The translations under genes were made by a program, and so were the position numbers. A stretch of DNA of 64,000 nt from Octopus sinensis (lineage: Eukaryota): positions 55,738,001 to 55,802,000 of the forward strand of contig NC_043005.1 in the NCBI RefSeq assembly GCF_006345805.1, read 5' to 3'. The notes beneath the pieces are model-generated. The model was not told where the DNA came from. It saw only the letters and a program-made list of their open reading frames with translations, and made no database searches. Numbering within the stretch: position 1 is the first letter of the stretch; each line of letters starts with the position of its first letter. Positions 1 to 12,469 of the stretch are shown here, piece by piece.

Positions 1-132
1 TAATTCTGCTTTCTAAAGAGCATAATCAATTTAACAAAGCGATAAATGGTGGGAAGTCAAATATAGCAATCAATCACGTCAGCTATTCTCTCCGAAACTG
101 TCGGATAAAAATTGTTACAACTTTCGCTTTAA

Positions 133-533
133 CTAGCAACTAGCAGTATCGCCCGGCGTTGCTCGGATTTGTTTCGACCCTTTAGAATTGGAATTTTTGA
201 AAGGTAAAAATTCTGCATTATGTAGCTTGTTATTCTCTTTAGGTGAACATTTTTCTGGTTGAAATACACCGAAAAATGGCGACACAGCAGTCAAAAAACC
301 GAAAAAAAAAAAAACAGGGATTTTCATAGAAAAAAAGTACTTTTTGATGTAAATAATTTTTGGTGTTAACATGGTCCGATTTGAATTTTTTCTTCTACGG
401 AATGAAGAGCAAGCCTTCTTCTATCATACTCTCAATTTTGGTCAACTTGCGCTGCAAAGTCTCAGAGTAGATAGTGTTAGTTAAAGGCTACCAAACCTAC
501 CATACACAGACAACTTCAGCTTTATATACAGAG
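133..533. mobile_element. Helitron/Helentron-like non-autonomous element, copy 1
   Basis: Near-identical to 11082-11474. Starts CTAGCAGTATCGCCCGGCGTTGCTCGG and ends CAACTTCAGCTTTATATA..AG, resembling Lep1/HINE-type termini. Confidence 0.6.
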
Positions 534-1004
534 GGATTCAAATTTTGGGTTAAGAAGTCCTATGAGAAACGTACGTGCGCACGCGAGGACCGTCCCGAGT
601 GTAATACAAGAGTGAGCGTAACTTTTTAAGTATCTGATATACGTTTAAATTACATGTTGTTACACAAGGATGCTACGAATGGTCTTACATGCAAAATGGC
701 TGTAACATATGACAAATGAAAGCCTTTATGGAGACCTGCTTAAAGTTAGGGAGAAAATCAGGCAAAGACGGCTGTGATTATCTGGTCAACGCGTGTGCTG
801 CCCTGAACTGGAAGCATCCAAATTAGTTTTATTGAATATACTTTAAGGTGGTTTAACAGGAGGAAAACATCGTCACACATACATCAACAATTTCATTGCT
901 GACACTGTGATATTGACCCGAGAAATGTAATGGTTGGATTTTGTTGCTGTGACCCAGGTTGGAACCTGGCAATAATAATAATGATATACTATTAGACGTA
1001 GGAG

Positions 1005-1407
1005 TGGCTGTGTGGTAAGTAGCTTGCTTACCAACCACATGGTTCCGGGTTCAGTCCCACTGCATGGCATCTTGGGCAAGTGTCTTCTACTAAAGCCTCG
1101 GGCTGACCAAAGCCTTGTGAGTGGATTTGGTAGATGGAAACTGAAAGAAGCCCGCCCGTGGTATATATGTATATATGTATGTGCGTGTTTGTGTGTCTGT
1201 GTTTGTTCCCCCCAACATCGCTTGACAACAAATGCTGGTGTGTTTATGTCCCCGTAGCTCAGCGGTTCGGAAAAAGAGACTAACAGAAAAGTACGAGGCT
1301 TACAAAGAATAAGTCCCGGGGTCGATTTGTTTGACTAAAGGCAGTGCTCCAGCATGACCACAGTCAAATGACTGAAACAAGTAAAAGAGAAAAGAGTTAA
1401 AGAGAGT
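1005..1407 (+). mobile_element. tRNA-derived SINE, family A (CORE-like centre, AAAAGAGT tail)
   Basis: A/B-box-like head (GGCTGTGTGGTAAG...GGTTCAGTCCC), CTTGGGCAAGTGTCTT core. Many copies: about 6040-6410+, 29445-29790+, 29800-29990-, 33015-33170-, 37270-37650-, 53380-53520-, 58510-58750-. Confidence 0.85.
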
Positions 1408-1419
1408 ATATGTTATCTT

Positions 1420-1900
1420 TTATGTTTTTATCATCAATATGGGAATTTGTGTATGCCGAACACTGTGATCTGGTTGCTCACTCCTATGGTGGCATGCAAC
1501 ATCTAATGGGGCTCCTTCTCAACAACGTACAATAAGCTCCCAAAAGACAGTCATAATACATCAACTTGCACCAAGTAAAGCCTATTCCAAGCCAAACATC
1601 TACATATGTAGACAGAAGTTATGGGTTATATATAAATTCATCTACTTGGGCAGAATATCTTGATGAAATCAGAATTATCTTGATGAAATCTCTCTCCGAA
1701 TCCAGAAGACCAGTGATGCATTTGGAATATTAGATAGACATTTATGATCATGGCATGGAATTTTAATTGAGACAAAGTTGAAAGACTACAATATGTATGG
1801 TTTGTTTTTATTGCGATACACATGTGAGATCTGGGTTACTTATTAGAAAAACGGGTGTAATGATTTCAACATTATCTCTGCTGTATACTGAGTATCCAAT
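1420..1900 (+). mobile_element. Degraded RTE-type LINE RT C-terminus
   Basis: YKFIYLGR..DEISLRIQKTSDAFGILDRHL*SWHGILIETKLK, with stops. Confidence 0.6.
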
Positions 1901-2669
1901 AACAAAGGTAAGTGATGCTGAGGTCCTCAAGCGCAGCCACTATATACTAAGATAGCATCTCTAGTACTTCAGCACCAATTATGATGCAGTGGTCATGTGG
2001 TCAAGATAGAAGATAATTGTTGTCCCTAAGCAATTTCTTTGTGGTGAGATAGCCAGAATAAAGAGTAGTGCATAAACAAAAATTAAGGTATAACAACTAC
2101 ATAGAAAATACACTAAAGAAGGTCAAAATCAAGGGAAGTGAATGGAAAGACCTTGTTTTAGATCAGTAGTTCTCAACCGGGGTCCATACAAGACTTTGTC
2201 GTTAAGATTTATATACAATAAATTAATCATACTTCTACAATACACAAAATATTTTAATAAGTTCTTTTCTGCAATTCCTAATATTGTATTATAAAAATAT
2301 AATAGGACTTTTTAAATCTTCAAATGTCTATGGGGGTTCACCTGTGTAAAATAGGAATCAAAGGAGTTCATAGATAGTACCACTATCTATACACACATAT
2401 AGATGATGTGGTAGTGATGGGTGCTTTTTGCAGTTGCTGTTACAATATTTTGATGAATCTTCATGTGACATAGCAGTCCACCTCCTGATGCACATTTTTT
2501 CCCACATTCATTGCAAGTAGAGGTGGCATATAATGCATAGTTAACAACTAGGCTTACAAAGAATAAGTCCTGGGGCCGATTTGCTCGACTAAAGGCGGTG
2601 CTCCAGCATGGCCACAGTCAAATGATTGAAAAAGGTAAAAGAGTAAAAGGGTATGTGTATTCACACACT

Positions 2670-2783
2670 TTTATTAATTAGAATTTAAAATTAAAAAGAA
2701 AAAAAAAAACAAATATAAAGAGCAAAAGCTTACCACATAATAATAATTCCACAAATATTAAAAAGTTGAGAAACTGCTTTATT
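2670..2783 (-). promoter_or_regulatory. Candidate poly(A) signals of EFHC1 (AATAAA at 2778-2783 and 2670-2675)
   Basis: TTTATT on the plus strand about 170 and 280 nt past the stop. The region is AT-rich, so chance occurrence is possible. Confidence 0.45.
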
Positions 2784-2955
2784 TCCAATATGACTGCCAT
2801 GTTAACTTTGAAATACAACTAATATAAGATATTATTAGAGCTGGATACACAAGAATAATATATCTTACTTTTTCATTTAAATATCTCATTCAGTTTTGTG
2901 GAATATAACAAAAATAACAAAATGAAAAAAAAAAAAAACAAGAATGCCTGGCCAT

Positions 2956-3033
2956 TCAGTAGCTTTCCACAAATTTTCGAAATTGCTCCAATGTTATTCT
3001 CCCTTCTGGGTCATTTGTACACATTTTCACAAT
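2956..3033 (-). CDS. EFHC1: EFHC1 terminal coding exon (IVKMCTNDPEGRITLEQFRKFVESY*)
   Basis: Strong acceptor tttcttcctcttttcag|, phase 0, TGA stop. Matches the LIRMCS..EGKINY..F pattern. Confidence 0.92.
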   Translation of the reverse strand: MVKMCTNDPEGRITLEQFRKFVESY

Positions 3034-3129
3034 CTGAAAAGAGGAAGAAATATTAGAAAAATGTTAGTGAGTTTATTATACAACTTTTGAACCATGAGCT
3101 TGTCCACCCATCTACCCATCTTCTCCATT

Positions 3130-3440
3130 CGTTATTCCTGGGAGGATTATGGTGATGGAGTCCTCAGACACCTCCTCCACAGGGTTCTATCATTAGACTT
3201 TCTGGCTGGATTCCCAAATGTGATCAAGACTATGGATATCATCCAACCATCTCATCCTTGGTCTACCCGTTAGTTCTCCTGTTTGTTGGCGCAGCTTTAA
3301 AAATCCATCTAGCAATACTTTCCTGTGATATTTTAATCACATGACTGAGACCAGAGCTGTGACCTATCAATGCAGAGTAGTGGCTGGACCTGGAGTAAGT
3401 TATGTCCCATGTCGAGTAACATTACTCCAAGAAGGCTGAG
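3130..3440 (-). mobile_element. RTE LINE 3' fragment
   Basis: Minus-strand GRPRMRWLDDI motif typical of RTE ORF ends. Confidence 0.6.
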
Positions 3441-3444
3441 GGTG

Positions 3445-4330
3445 TCTTGACATCACTCACCAAGTCCTTTGTGAGCCACTCTCTGGCTATTTGTCTGAGG
3501 TTTTATACAGCTATGGTGCGGCCTCACCTGGAATTTGCATCTGGAACCTCTATTTTGCCCAGGATATTAATCGTCTGGAAACCGGTCAGCAACATGCAAC
3601 CAAGAGAATACCCTCCATCAGGCATTTGCCATATTCTGAATGCCTTACTTCCCTGGGCATGGATACATTGAAACTCCGACATCTAGCAGCTGACTTGGCT
3701 GACACCCATAAAATTATTAACCATCTTACTAACAATAACTCTGAGCACCTTTTCAAACTCCACCTGTCTAACACCCGTGGACATATTTCCAAAGTCAGAA
3801 AACGGGCACAGCTCCCATGACTTTTGGAAACATTTTTTCACGCTAAGAGTTGCTGAAGTAAGGAACAAACTGCCGGCATCAGTTATTAGTTGTCGGAGCA
3901 CTGCATCCTTCAAAACTTCCATGCTTCCCTGAGATTCGCCAACACTACACCTGATTTTCTCCCCTCCATACACACACATGCACGTGGTTTAGTGGTTAGG
4001 GTGTCAGCATCATGATTGTGGTTTCGATTCCTGGACCTGGCAACGTGTTGTGTTCTTGAGCAAAACACTTCATTTCACATTGCTCCAGTCCACTCAGCTA
4101 GCAAAAATGAGTAACGCTGTGACGGACTGGCGTCCCATCCAGCTGGGGAACACATACACCATAGAAACCAGGAAACTGGGCCCATGAGCCTGGCTAGGCT
4201 TTAAAAGGGCGCATTTATTTTATTTATACACACACAAGCATGTATCTGGCTCATACACTGTTCACTTTATATGCACTTTTGACAAGTTGTGGTGTCCCTG
4301 AGCAATGTATACAATAATTTCATTATTATA
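3445..4330 (+). mobile_element. CR1-type LINE 3' fragment
   Basis: YTAMVRPHLEFAS / QDINRLE...ATKRIP / RHL.ADL..THKI / TRGH / FFTLRV..WNKLP across frameshifts. The 3' UTR resumes after the nested SINE. Confidence 0.85.
3985..4222 (+). mobile_element. tRNA-derived SINE, family C (V-domain-like), nested in a CR1 3' tail
   Basis: GGTTTAGTGGTTAGG head and TTCTTGAGCAAAACACTTCATTTCAC core. Related minus copies at about 16390-16730, 18540-18850, 25310-25600, 31470-31790, 34350-34505 and 50240-50495. Confidence 0.75.
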
Positions 4331-4609
4331 TAGATCCTTTGGGGTTATCCCATTTTGGCCCCTTATATTTGCAATTGACCTCTAGTGAAAGCATCTAGTT
4401 TACTGGTTAGGACATTTGGCTCACAATCACAAAATTGTAAGTTTGATTTCTTGTGACACATTGAGTCCTTAAGCAAGTCAGTTTGATTCAAGTTGCTCTA
4501 GCCTGCTTAGTTGTACCTTTAATTCAAAAGGCCAACTTTGTCATATTCTGTGCCATACTGCATCCCCCTGAAAACTACGTATGTCAATGCAGTGCTCAGC
4601 CATTTGCAC

Positions 4610-4925
4610 ATTAATCTCATGCAGTTCTATATTTAAGAGATGAGGAATTATGTGCATTATTTACATTATTTACATTATTTACCTTCAACGGATATTTGTC
4701 CTCATCTTGTTTGTTGTTAACACAACGTTTCGGCTGATATGCTCTCCAGCCTTCTTCAGGTGTCTTGGGGAAATTTCGAACCTGGGAAAATTTTGAAATT
4801 TCCCCAAGACACCTGAAGAAGGCTGGAAGGTATATCAGCCGAAATGTTGTGTTAACAACAAACAAGATGAGGACAAATATCCGTCAAATGTAAATAATGT
4901 AAATAATGTAAATAATGCACATTAA
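4610..4925. mobile_element. Penelope-like pLTR pair in inverted orientation
   Basis: Arms of about 125 bp (4652-4780 and 4795-4920), each carrying CTGAAGA-AGGCTG..CAGCC-GAAA. Confidence 0.6.
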
Positions 4926-5255
4926 TTTCATGAGCTGGCTGTTTCATTGATCAAATCAATTGGTACACTCATCGTTATAACCAACAGGGAACCAGGTTAG
5001 CACCCTTTAGATCATTAACCAACACTGATGACCATAGGTGAGGTCATGAGTTTTCACACACCGAAAAATAGACATCAAAAGACACTATTACCAGCATAAA
5101 TTCTCCGAGAAAAACACACTATATAATGGACTAGTAGAAGAAAGAAAATGAATTAAAACTTTGGTTAAACACGTACATGATTGTGTTTCGGGCTTAAAGT
5201 AATAAAAAACATTACCTTTTTGCCTTCATCAGCATGAGTATACCCAGGCATATAA

Positions 5256-5304
<49 letters not shown>

Positions 5305-5493
5305 TAAATAAATGGTACAACGAGGCACCGATATTTACTGGAAAATAGCAATCATAATAAATACGACACTTTTGTATAGCTTCACTGCGTATATACTAGC
5401 AAAGACGTGTGTGTGCAACAAACATGAAAAAAATTCATCATACCTCTAGGAAGAACATCTGAAAAATGGAAAATCTAGAATCGGATAATGCAG

Positions 5494-5542
<49 letters not shown>

Positions 5543-6889
5543 CTACACTCTCGGAGTGGTTGGCATTAGGAAGGGCATCCAGCTGTAGAAACACTGCCAG
5601 ATCTGAATGGCCTGGTGCAGCCTTCGAGCTTGCCAGACCCCAGTTGAACCGTCCAACCCATGCTAGCATGGAAAGCAGACGTTAAACGATGATGATGAAG
5701 ATGATGATATACATGTATGGTGGGCTTCTTCCAGCTTGTCTGATAAACCTTTGGTCAGCCTGGGGCTATAGCAAAAGACACTTGCTCAAGATGGTGTGCA
5801 GTAGGACTGAACCCAAGACCACACAGTTGGGAAGCTACACCAGCACGGGATATACAGAGTGATATGTGAGGTCCTTTTGTGCTTTTCATGTCAAATCCAT
5901 ACCTGACGTCAGATATCTACCTGGATATATTCGCCTTTTTCTACACGATATACATTGTTATGACAGCATCCTTACCAGCTCAAAGAACTGTGGCAATCTT
6001 CTAAACTCCAGGTCAGAGTTTAAAAAAACAATGTACACAAGGTTGTGTGGTAACAAGCTTGCTTCCCAGTCATATGGTTCTGGGCTCAGTCCCACCATGT
6101 GGCACCTCGGGTAAGTGTCTTCTACTAAAGCCTCAGGCCAATCAAAGCCTTGTGAGCAGATTTGGTAGATGGAAACTGAAAGAAACCTGTCATATTTGTG
6201 TATATGTACACATATTTATGTATGTGTGTCTTAGTTTCTGTTTGCTCCCTTCGCACCACCACCACCACCACCACCATCACTTAACAACAGATGTTGATAT
6301 GTTTATGTCCTCGTAACTTAGCAATTCGGCAAAACAGACCGATAGAATAAGTACCAGGCTTGCAAAGAATAAGTCCTGTGTTTGATTTCTTCAACTAAAA
6401 CCCTTTAAAACAGTGCTTCAACATGTTCACAGGCAAATGACAGAAGCATGTAAAAGAATGAAAGAATATCTCAACAACTTTCTGTAACAAAACAGGAAGA
6501 CAGCCCACTCATTGGATTAGATACATAGTTTAACTCACTTTACCTTCCCTCCATCCAACTACACATACTAAATATAGTTGTTTTACATGTAAAGATTGAG
6601 CATTAACAATATTTTTCATTTAAAGGGTCAAAGTGACACAACTTAGAATTCAGGAAAAGCATTATCACGTTTTTTCCATAAAATGTTTCGTGAAGGTTTT
6701 TTTATCATTTTCTTCTTTCACTTAATTTATCTTGTTCTTTGTCATATTTCTTCACAGAGTAGTTATGTTATTTAAACCCGAACAATTTCAGGATTGCTTA
6801 GAGTATGCTATACAAGCCCATCCAATTTATTGCGCTTGCAATTATCCAAACATGAAACTTGAAGTAGCTCACTTATAGCTGACCACATA

Positions 6890-6929
<40 letters not shown>

Positions 6930-7919
6930 CCAGATGGGGAAGCCTTGTATTCACTACTTCAGCAAAACACTTTCTCCTGTCCTACCATATTTCCATATCC
7001 CTCAATACTACAATCCACTCAATTGGTGGGGAGGGAGTCTTGTGTTGCGGGTACTTAGCAACCTCACCTATGTTGGTGCCATGAAAAAAGAACTCAGTAC
7101 ATTCTTGTTAAGTGGTTGGCATTAGGAAGTGTATCCAGCTGTAAAGACCATGCCAGGGCAGACAGTGGAGCTTGGTGCAGTTTTCTGGCTCATCAGTTCC
7201 ATGTTGGACCGTCCAGTCCATACCAGCATGGGAAAAAAGATGTTAAATGCTAAAGATGATAGTTATATACATATGTGCATCTGTATACATCCATGCATGT
7301 GTGTGCATGTGTGCATGGTGTTTGTATGTGTATGACAGCGTAGCAAAAATGTTTGCTTTGGAAGCATATAGTTGGAAATCAGTACTCCTGAGGGGACACT
7401 TTTGCCTGATGTTCTCTGATGTCTATTACCTTGGGGATGAAATTCCATAACTAAACACTAAAAGACCTTATCATATATGTTTGTGAGCATGTGTGTGTGC
7501 ACACGAGCATATGCACACGTAGATAAACACAAACCTATGAACATATACATACATACATACTTGTATAGCTACAGCCATAAAGCATTTTCTGCTTTTCTTA
7601 TCACTTTATATAAGACCGTTTGCATGTGTGTTTATACAGACACACACAAAAATTCATATGATGTTGTTAGTGTGTGTGTGTGAGTGAGTATATGAGTGCC
7701 ACTGTGTGTATGTGTTTGTACAGTTTACACACATGCTATCCATATCATCGATGTGTTGCTTCTGCCACTCAGCTTCGGTTGCTGGCCAGTCGTGACCAAT
7801 AGAGTTTGAATGTGGCTGTATTCAATAGCGTCAGACAAAAAGATGTCTAAGGGAGCGGAGGTGAGAGAGGAAGGAAGGCAAGACAAAAACAAGTGTTTGT
7901 GTGTATGTATAGTGGTAAG

Positions 7920-7934
7920 TGGTATATATGTATG

Positions 7935-7968
<34 letters not shown>

Positions 7969-8076
7969 TCACACACATATGCACACATGCTGATATATCT
8001 ATACTATGGAAATAAAGTACTCTGGGACTTCAAGTTTCACTTTGAAAGAGTAAAATTATATCTATCTATCTATCTC

Positions 8077-8112
<36 letters not shown>

Positions 8113-8164
8113 TGTGTATATGTATGTATGTATGTAAGTATGTATGTATGTATGTATGTATGTA

Positions 8165-8197
<33 letters not shown>

Positions 8198-8471
8198 GTA
8201 TGTGTGTGAGTGCGAGTGTGACTGTGTGCATGTGTGTGTATGGACAGAGAATTGTTGTATGACAATTGTGTATACACGCAATCGTACATACAGAGAGAGG
8301 GAGAGTGAGAGAGAGATTGGAGTAGAGTGGGAGATAGGTTGGTAGGTATGTATATGGCTATGCTAAAGAAAAACAGACAGATAGATAGAAAGACAAGCAA
8401 ATGGACACAAAGGGCTAATTATATATATTATACAAATAGATATAGACAAGCAGAAAGGTAAGAAGATAGAC

Positions 8472-8546
<75 letters not shown>

Positions 8547-8623
8547 CAGACAGATAAATATATAGATGTGTGTATGTGCATATGCATATATATGTGTATG
8601 TATATGTTTTTTTTTTGTATGTA

Positions 8624-8659
<36 letters not shown>

Positions 8660-8756
8660 TGTATGTATGTATATATGTATAGATAGATAGATAGATAGGT
8701 AAGTAGGTAGGTAGGTAGGTAGGTAGGTAGGTAGGTAGGTAGATGGATAGACAGAC

Positions 8757-8820
<64 letters not shown>
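7920..8820. repeat. Compound microsatellite block (TA, TATG, TG, GATA, GGTA)
   Basis: Directly visible. It explains the low-complexity ORFs in the track. Confidence 0.95.
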
Positions 8821-8821
<1 letters not shown>

Positions 8822-9068
8822 TGTTTCTTTATTAGCCACACAGGGCTGCACACAGATAGAACAAATTACAAGGTAGAGCTTTTCTTTTGAAGGTTTAAAA
8901 AAAAAAAAAAAAAAAAAAGGAAGGGGGAGTTTCGATCAAAAGGGATCGTAAAAGGAGAGAAAGAGGACAAAAAAAAGGGGGGTTAAAAAAAAAAAAGGGG
9001 GAGAGGAAAAAAAAATTGATCAATAGGGATCGTTATCACAGAAATGTCAATATGAAGTGTAAAAGAAT

Positions 9069-9139
<71 letters not shown>

Positions 9140-9959
9140 GGATGGACAGACAGGTAGGTATTAAACACTAGTTGCACACTGTGGATATTCTCTATTGTGA
9201 AAGTATTGATTAAAGAAACACTAGTTACATTAAAAGTACAAAAAGTTTCTATTAGACAATTTCTTCTTTTAGTTCTGCTTTTTCTTTATCTTTTTCTTCT
9301 TTTTCGTTATCTTCTGCAGTTTCCATCTTTTGTGATTTTGTGAAAGAGAATGTTTTCTTTTCCTTCCATCTTTCGTCTCTCGAATCTGGCCAGAGGATGG
9401 TTGAATGTATGACAATTGGTAGAATGATAATTGTATGTTTGTGACCACGAGTCCACGTGTGTGTGTGTGTGAGTGTGTGCATGTGTGTGTGTGTGTGTGT
9501 TTGTGTGTGCGTGTGTGTGTGTGTGCCTGCCTCTTTGCACTTATTATGTATGTATGTATGTATGTATGTATGTATGTATGCATGTTTTTTATGTAGGTAG
9601 GTAGGTAAGTATACATATATATTAAGTTGTTAATTCAAATAACATTGGGAGGAAATTAGTGAATTGGTTACATGTCACACTTTCCAAGGAGTTATATAAA
9701 TATATATATATATATATATAAGATGCTTGCATATTTATGATTCATATTTCAAGCCTGTTCAATGACATGTTTTGTATGATTACATGCTCTTTATAAATCA
9801 CATTTATTAATTGCTTTTATAATTTGCCATCATCAATTATCAAACACAGAAACATGTGTAACAGATGAAATACAGTAACATCAAATTCATAATTCATGTA
9901 TTTCTCTCATAATATATTCATACATACATATGTGTGTGTGTTGATGATGATGATGATGA

Positions 9960-10009
<50 letters not shown>

Positions 10010-10348
10010 GCATGTACGTAGAGATATAAAACATACACACACATACACACATGTATATATTTAACATAGTTGGAATTTACAGAAAAACAAAAGGCAAAGA
10101 CAAGTGTTTGAACAACAAGCAGGTGTATTAGTTTGATGCTTGGGAAAGTGAGAAAGACTTTTATGTTTTGAGCCAAGAAATTTCCACAAAAAGGAATAAG
10201 AGAAAATAAACAGAGAGAGAATAAAAAAAATTTATGGATTTAGCAGTCAAGCATGGCGACTGGTTGGAAAAAAATGGTTTGACAGGAGAGGTAGAATGGT
10301 GGGGAGATAATGAAGTATTGGGAGATAATAAAGTATATATAACATATA

Positions 10349-10428
<80 letters not shown>

Positions 10429-10429
10429 G

Positions 10430-10660
10430 GTGACAAGCTGGCAGAATCGTTAGCATGCCGGGCGAAATGCTTAGCGGTATTTCGTCTACAATTACGTTCT
10501 GAGTTCAAATTCCGCCGAGGTCGACTTTGCCCTTCATCCTTTCAGGGTCAATTAAATAAGTACCAGTTACGCACTAGGGTCAACGTAATCGACTTAATCC
10601 CTTTGTCTGTCCTTGTTTGTCCCTTCTATGTTTAGCCTCCTGTGGGCAATAAAGAAATAT
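10430..10660 (+). mobile_element. tRNA-derived SINE, family B (Meta-domain-like GCCTTTCATCCTTTCGGGGTCGAT..AAGTACCAG)
   Basis: Repeats at 21288-21520+, 20160-20720-, 25060-25200-, 28860-29035+, 31790-32300- (tandem), 33240-33430+, 49820-50000- and 63130-63600-. Confidence 0.75.
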
Positions 10661-11081
10661 ATATAATATACATGCCTATATATACATGTAATATATACAT
10701 ATTTATAGCAGATAGGTAGACAGAGAGAGAGAAAGTATCTTTAGTGCAGTTAAATGGTTAGGAAGTTTACTGAGCAACTACAAGGTCCTGAGTTCAGTTT
10801 CATTGCATACCATCTTGAGGGAATGTCATTTTTACAGCCTCTCTTCAACTCATACCTTGTGAGTAAAACTGGGTGGATGGAAAACATACAGAAGTCCGTC
10901 AAGTGGAAAGTCCCAGTAATTCAAAGGGTTTAATTTTGTCACGCACTAAGCAATGTTGATTCGGTCTGTGGAATATGTCTGTGGAATATTCAACAACTTT
11001 CATGTTTAGGAGTTAATTCAGTTGACTGGAAATTGGATCCACATCAATTGAAACTGGAGATCTACCCCACATACATAATAT

Positions 11082-11474
11082 ACTTGCAATATCGCCCGGC
11101 ATTGCTCGGGTTTGTTTTGACCCTTTAGAATTGGAATTTTTGAAAAGTAAAAATTTTGTATTATGTAGCTTGTTATTCTCTTTAAGTGAACATTTTTCTG
11201 GTTGAAATACACCGAAAAATGGTGACCCAGCAGTCAAAAAATCGTAAAAAATTGGGATTTTCATAGTAAAAAAAGCACCTTTTTGATGTAAATAATTTTT
11301 GGTATTAACATGGTCCGATTTGAATTTTTTCTTCAACAGAAAAAAGAGCAAGCCTTTTTCTATCATACTCTCAATTTTGGTCAACTTGCACTGCAGGGTC
11401 TCGGAGGATATAGTGTTAGTTTAAGGCTACCAAACGTGCCATACACAGACAACTTCAGCTTTATATATATAGAG
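11082..11474. mobile_element. Helitron/Helentron-like non-autonomous element, copy 2
   Basis: Full-length paralog of 133-533. Confidence 0.6.
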
Positions 11475-11552
11475 ATATATAATATATGAAGGTTATTGAT
11501 TCAGAAACACATTCTCAACTGTCGATGACAAACCTGTTCGTTTCTTTAATAG

Positions 11553-11630
11553 GTTGTCAATTTTGGGAAAATTCTCGAATCTTGTGATTATCTCCCCTTC
11601 TCAAGTGTAGCTGGTCATAAGTGCCATTTG
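11553..11630 (+). other. Exon-like segment antisense to EFHC1 (VVNFGKILESCDYLPFSSVAGHKCHL)
   Basis: tttctttaatag| and TTG|GTAAGT, 78 nt, open in phase 0. Confidence 0.4.
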
Positions 11631-12063
11631 GTAAGTATGGTACATCCTCCAGAAGTGGAGATAATTTTAATAAATCAAGAATTTTTGTTGTCCAGTATTT
11701 GACATATTAGTATTTGTCTATGATATTCAAATACACGCTACTGACCACTTAGCTCATTTTTGTTTAATACATATGTATATATGTGCATATGTGTGTGTGT
11801 CTGTGTGTGTATTATGTATATGTTTTATGTTATGTATATATTTATGTGTTAGGAAGGGCATCCAGTCATAAAAACCCTACCAAAACATACACTGAAGTCT
11901 GGTGCAGGCTCCAGTCTAGTTGTAGTACTAATATGTTAATAAAAAAAATTTCAACTATTCTCAGTGCATTTTCAATTTCTATTTTTCCTATATTTCTACC
12001 TGTGGAATAAAATAACTTTGTTTTTGTTTAGATAGATGGATAGATAGATAAATACATAGATAA

Positions 12064-12126
<63 letters not shown>

Positions 12127-12386
12127 GAAAGACAGACAGACATATATACATACACATATACATGCATACATATATATATACACACACGTACATACATACA
12201 TGATAGATCGGTAGCCACTACACACATTTTTTTTCTCTCCTTGTTTTTTTTTTTTTTTGTCCCTTTCTGTAGAAGAGCGTAGGCTCGAAATGTAAAAGAC
12301 TTTTTCAATTCCTGAGCATTTCACTAATACATCTGTTTGTTTTCTACACCACCTGTCTTCGTCTTTTGTGTTTTCATGAACTCTCC

Positions 12387-12417
<31 letters not shown>

Positions 12418-12427
12418 CATACATACA

Positions 12428-12459
<32 letters not shown>

Positions 12460-12469
12460 GATATACAGA

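Noticed and set aside
1005-1080. tRNA genes at SINE heads
   Set aside because: A/B-box-like sequence only, with no cloverleaf, and always followed by the SINE body.
1847-1907. Plus-strand exon-like segment with a perfect AAG|GTAAGT donor
   Set aside because: It lies within a degraded RTE RT remnant, so its openness is explained by the LINE.
12270-12300. Hammerhead-like GAAGAG..CTCGAAA motif (also about 35215-35245, minus strand)
   Set aside because: It lacks the CUGA core and a recognisable stem III. Treated as a degenerate repeat terminus.
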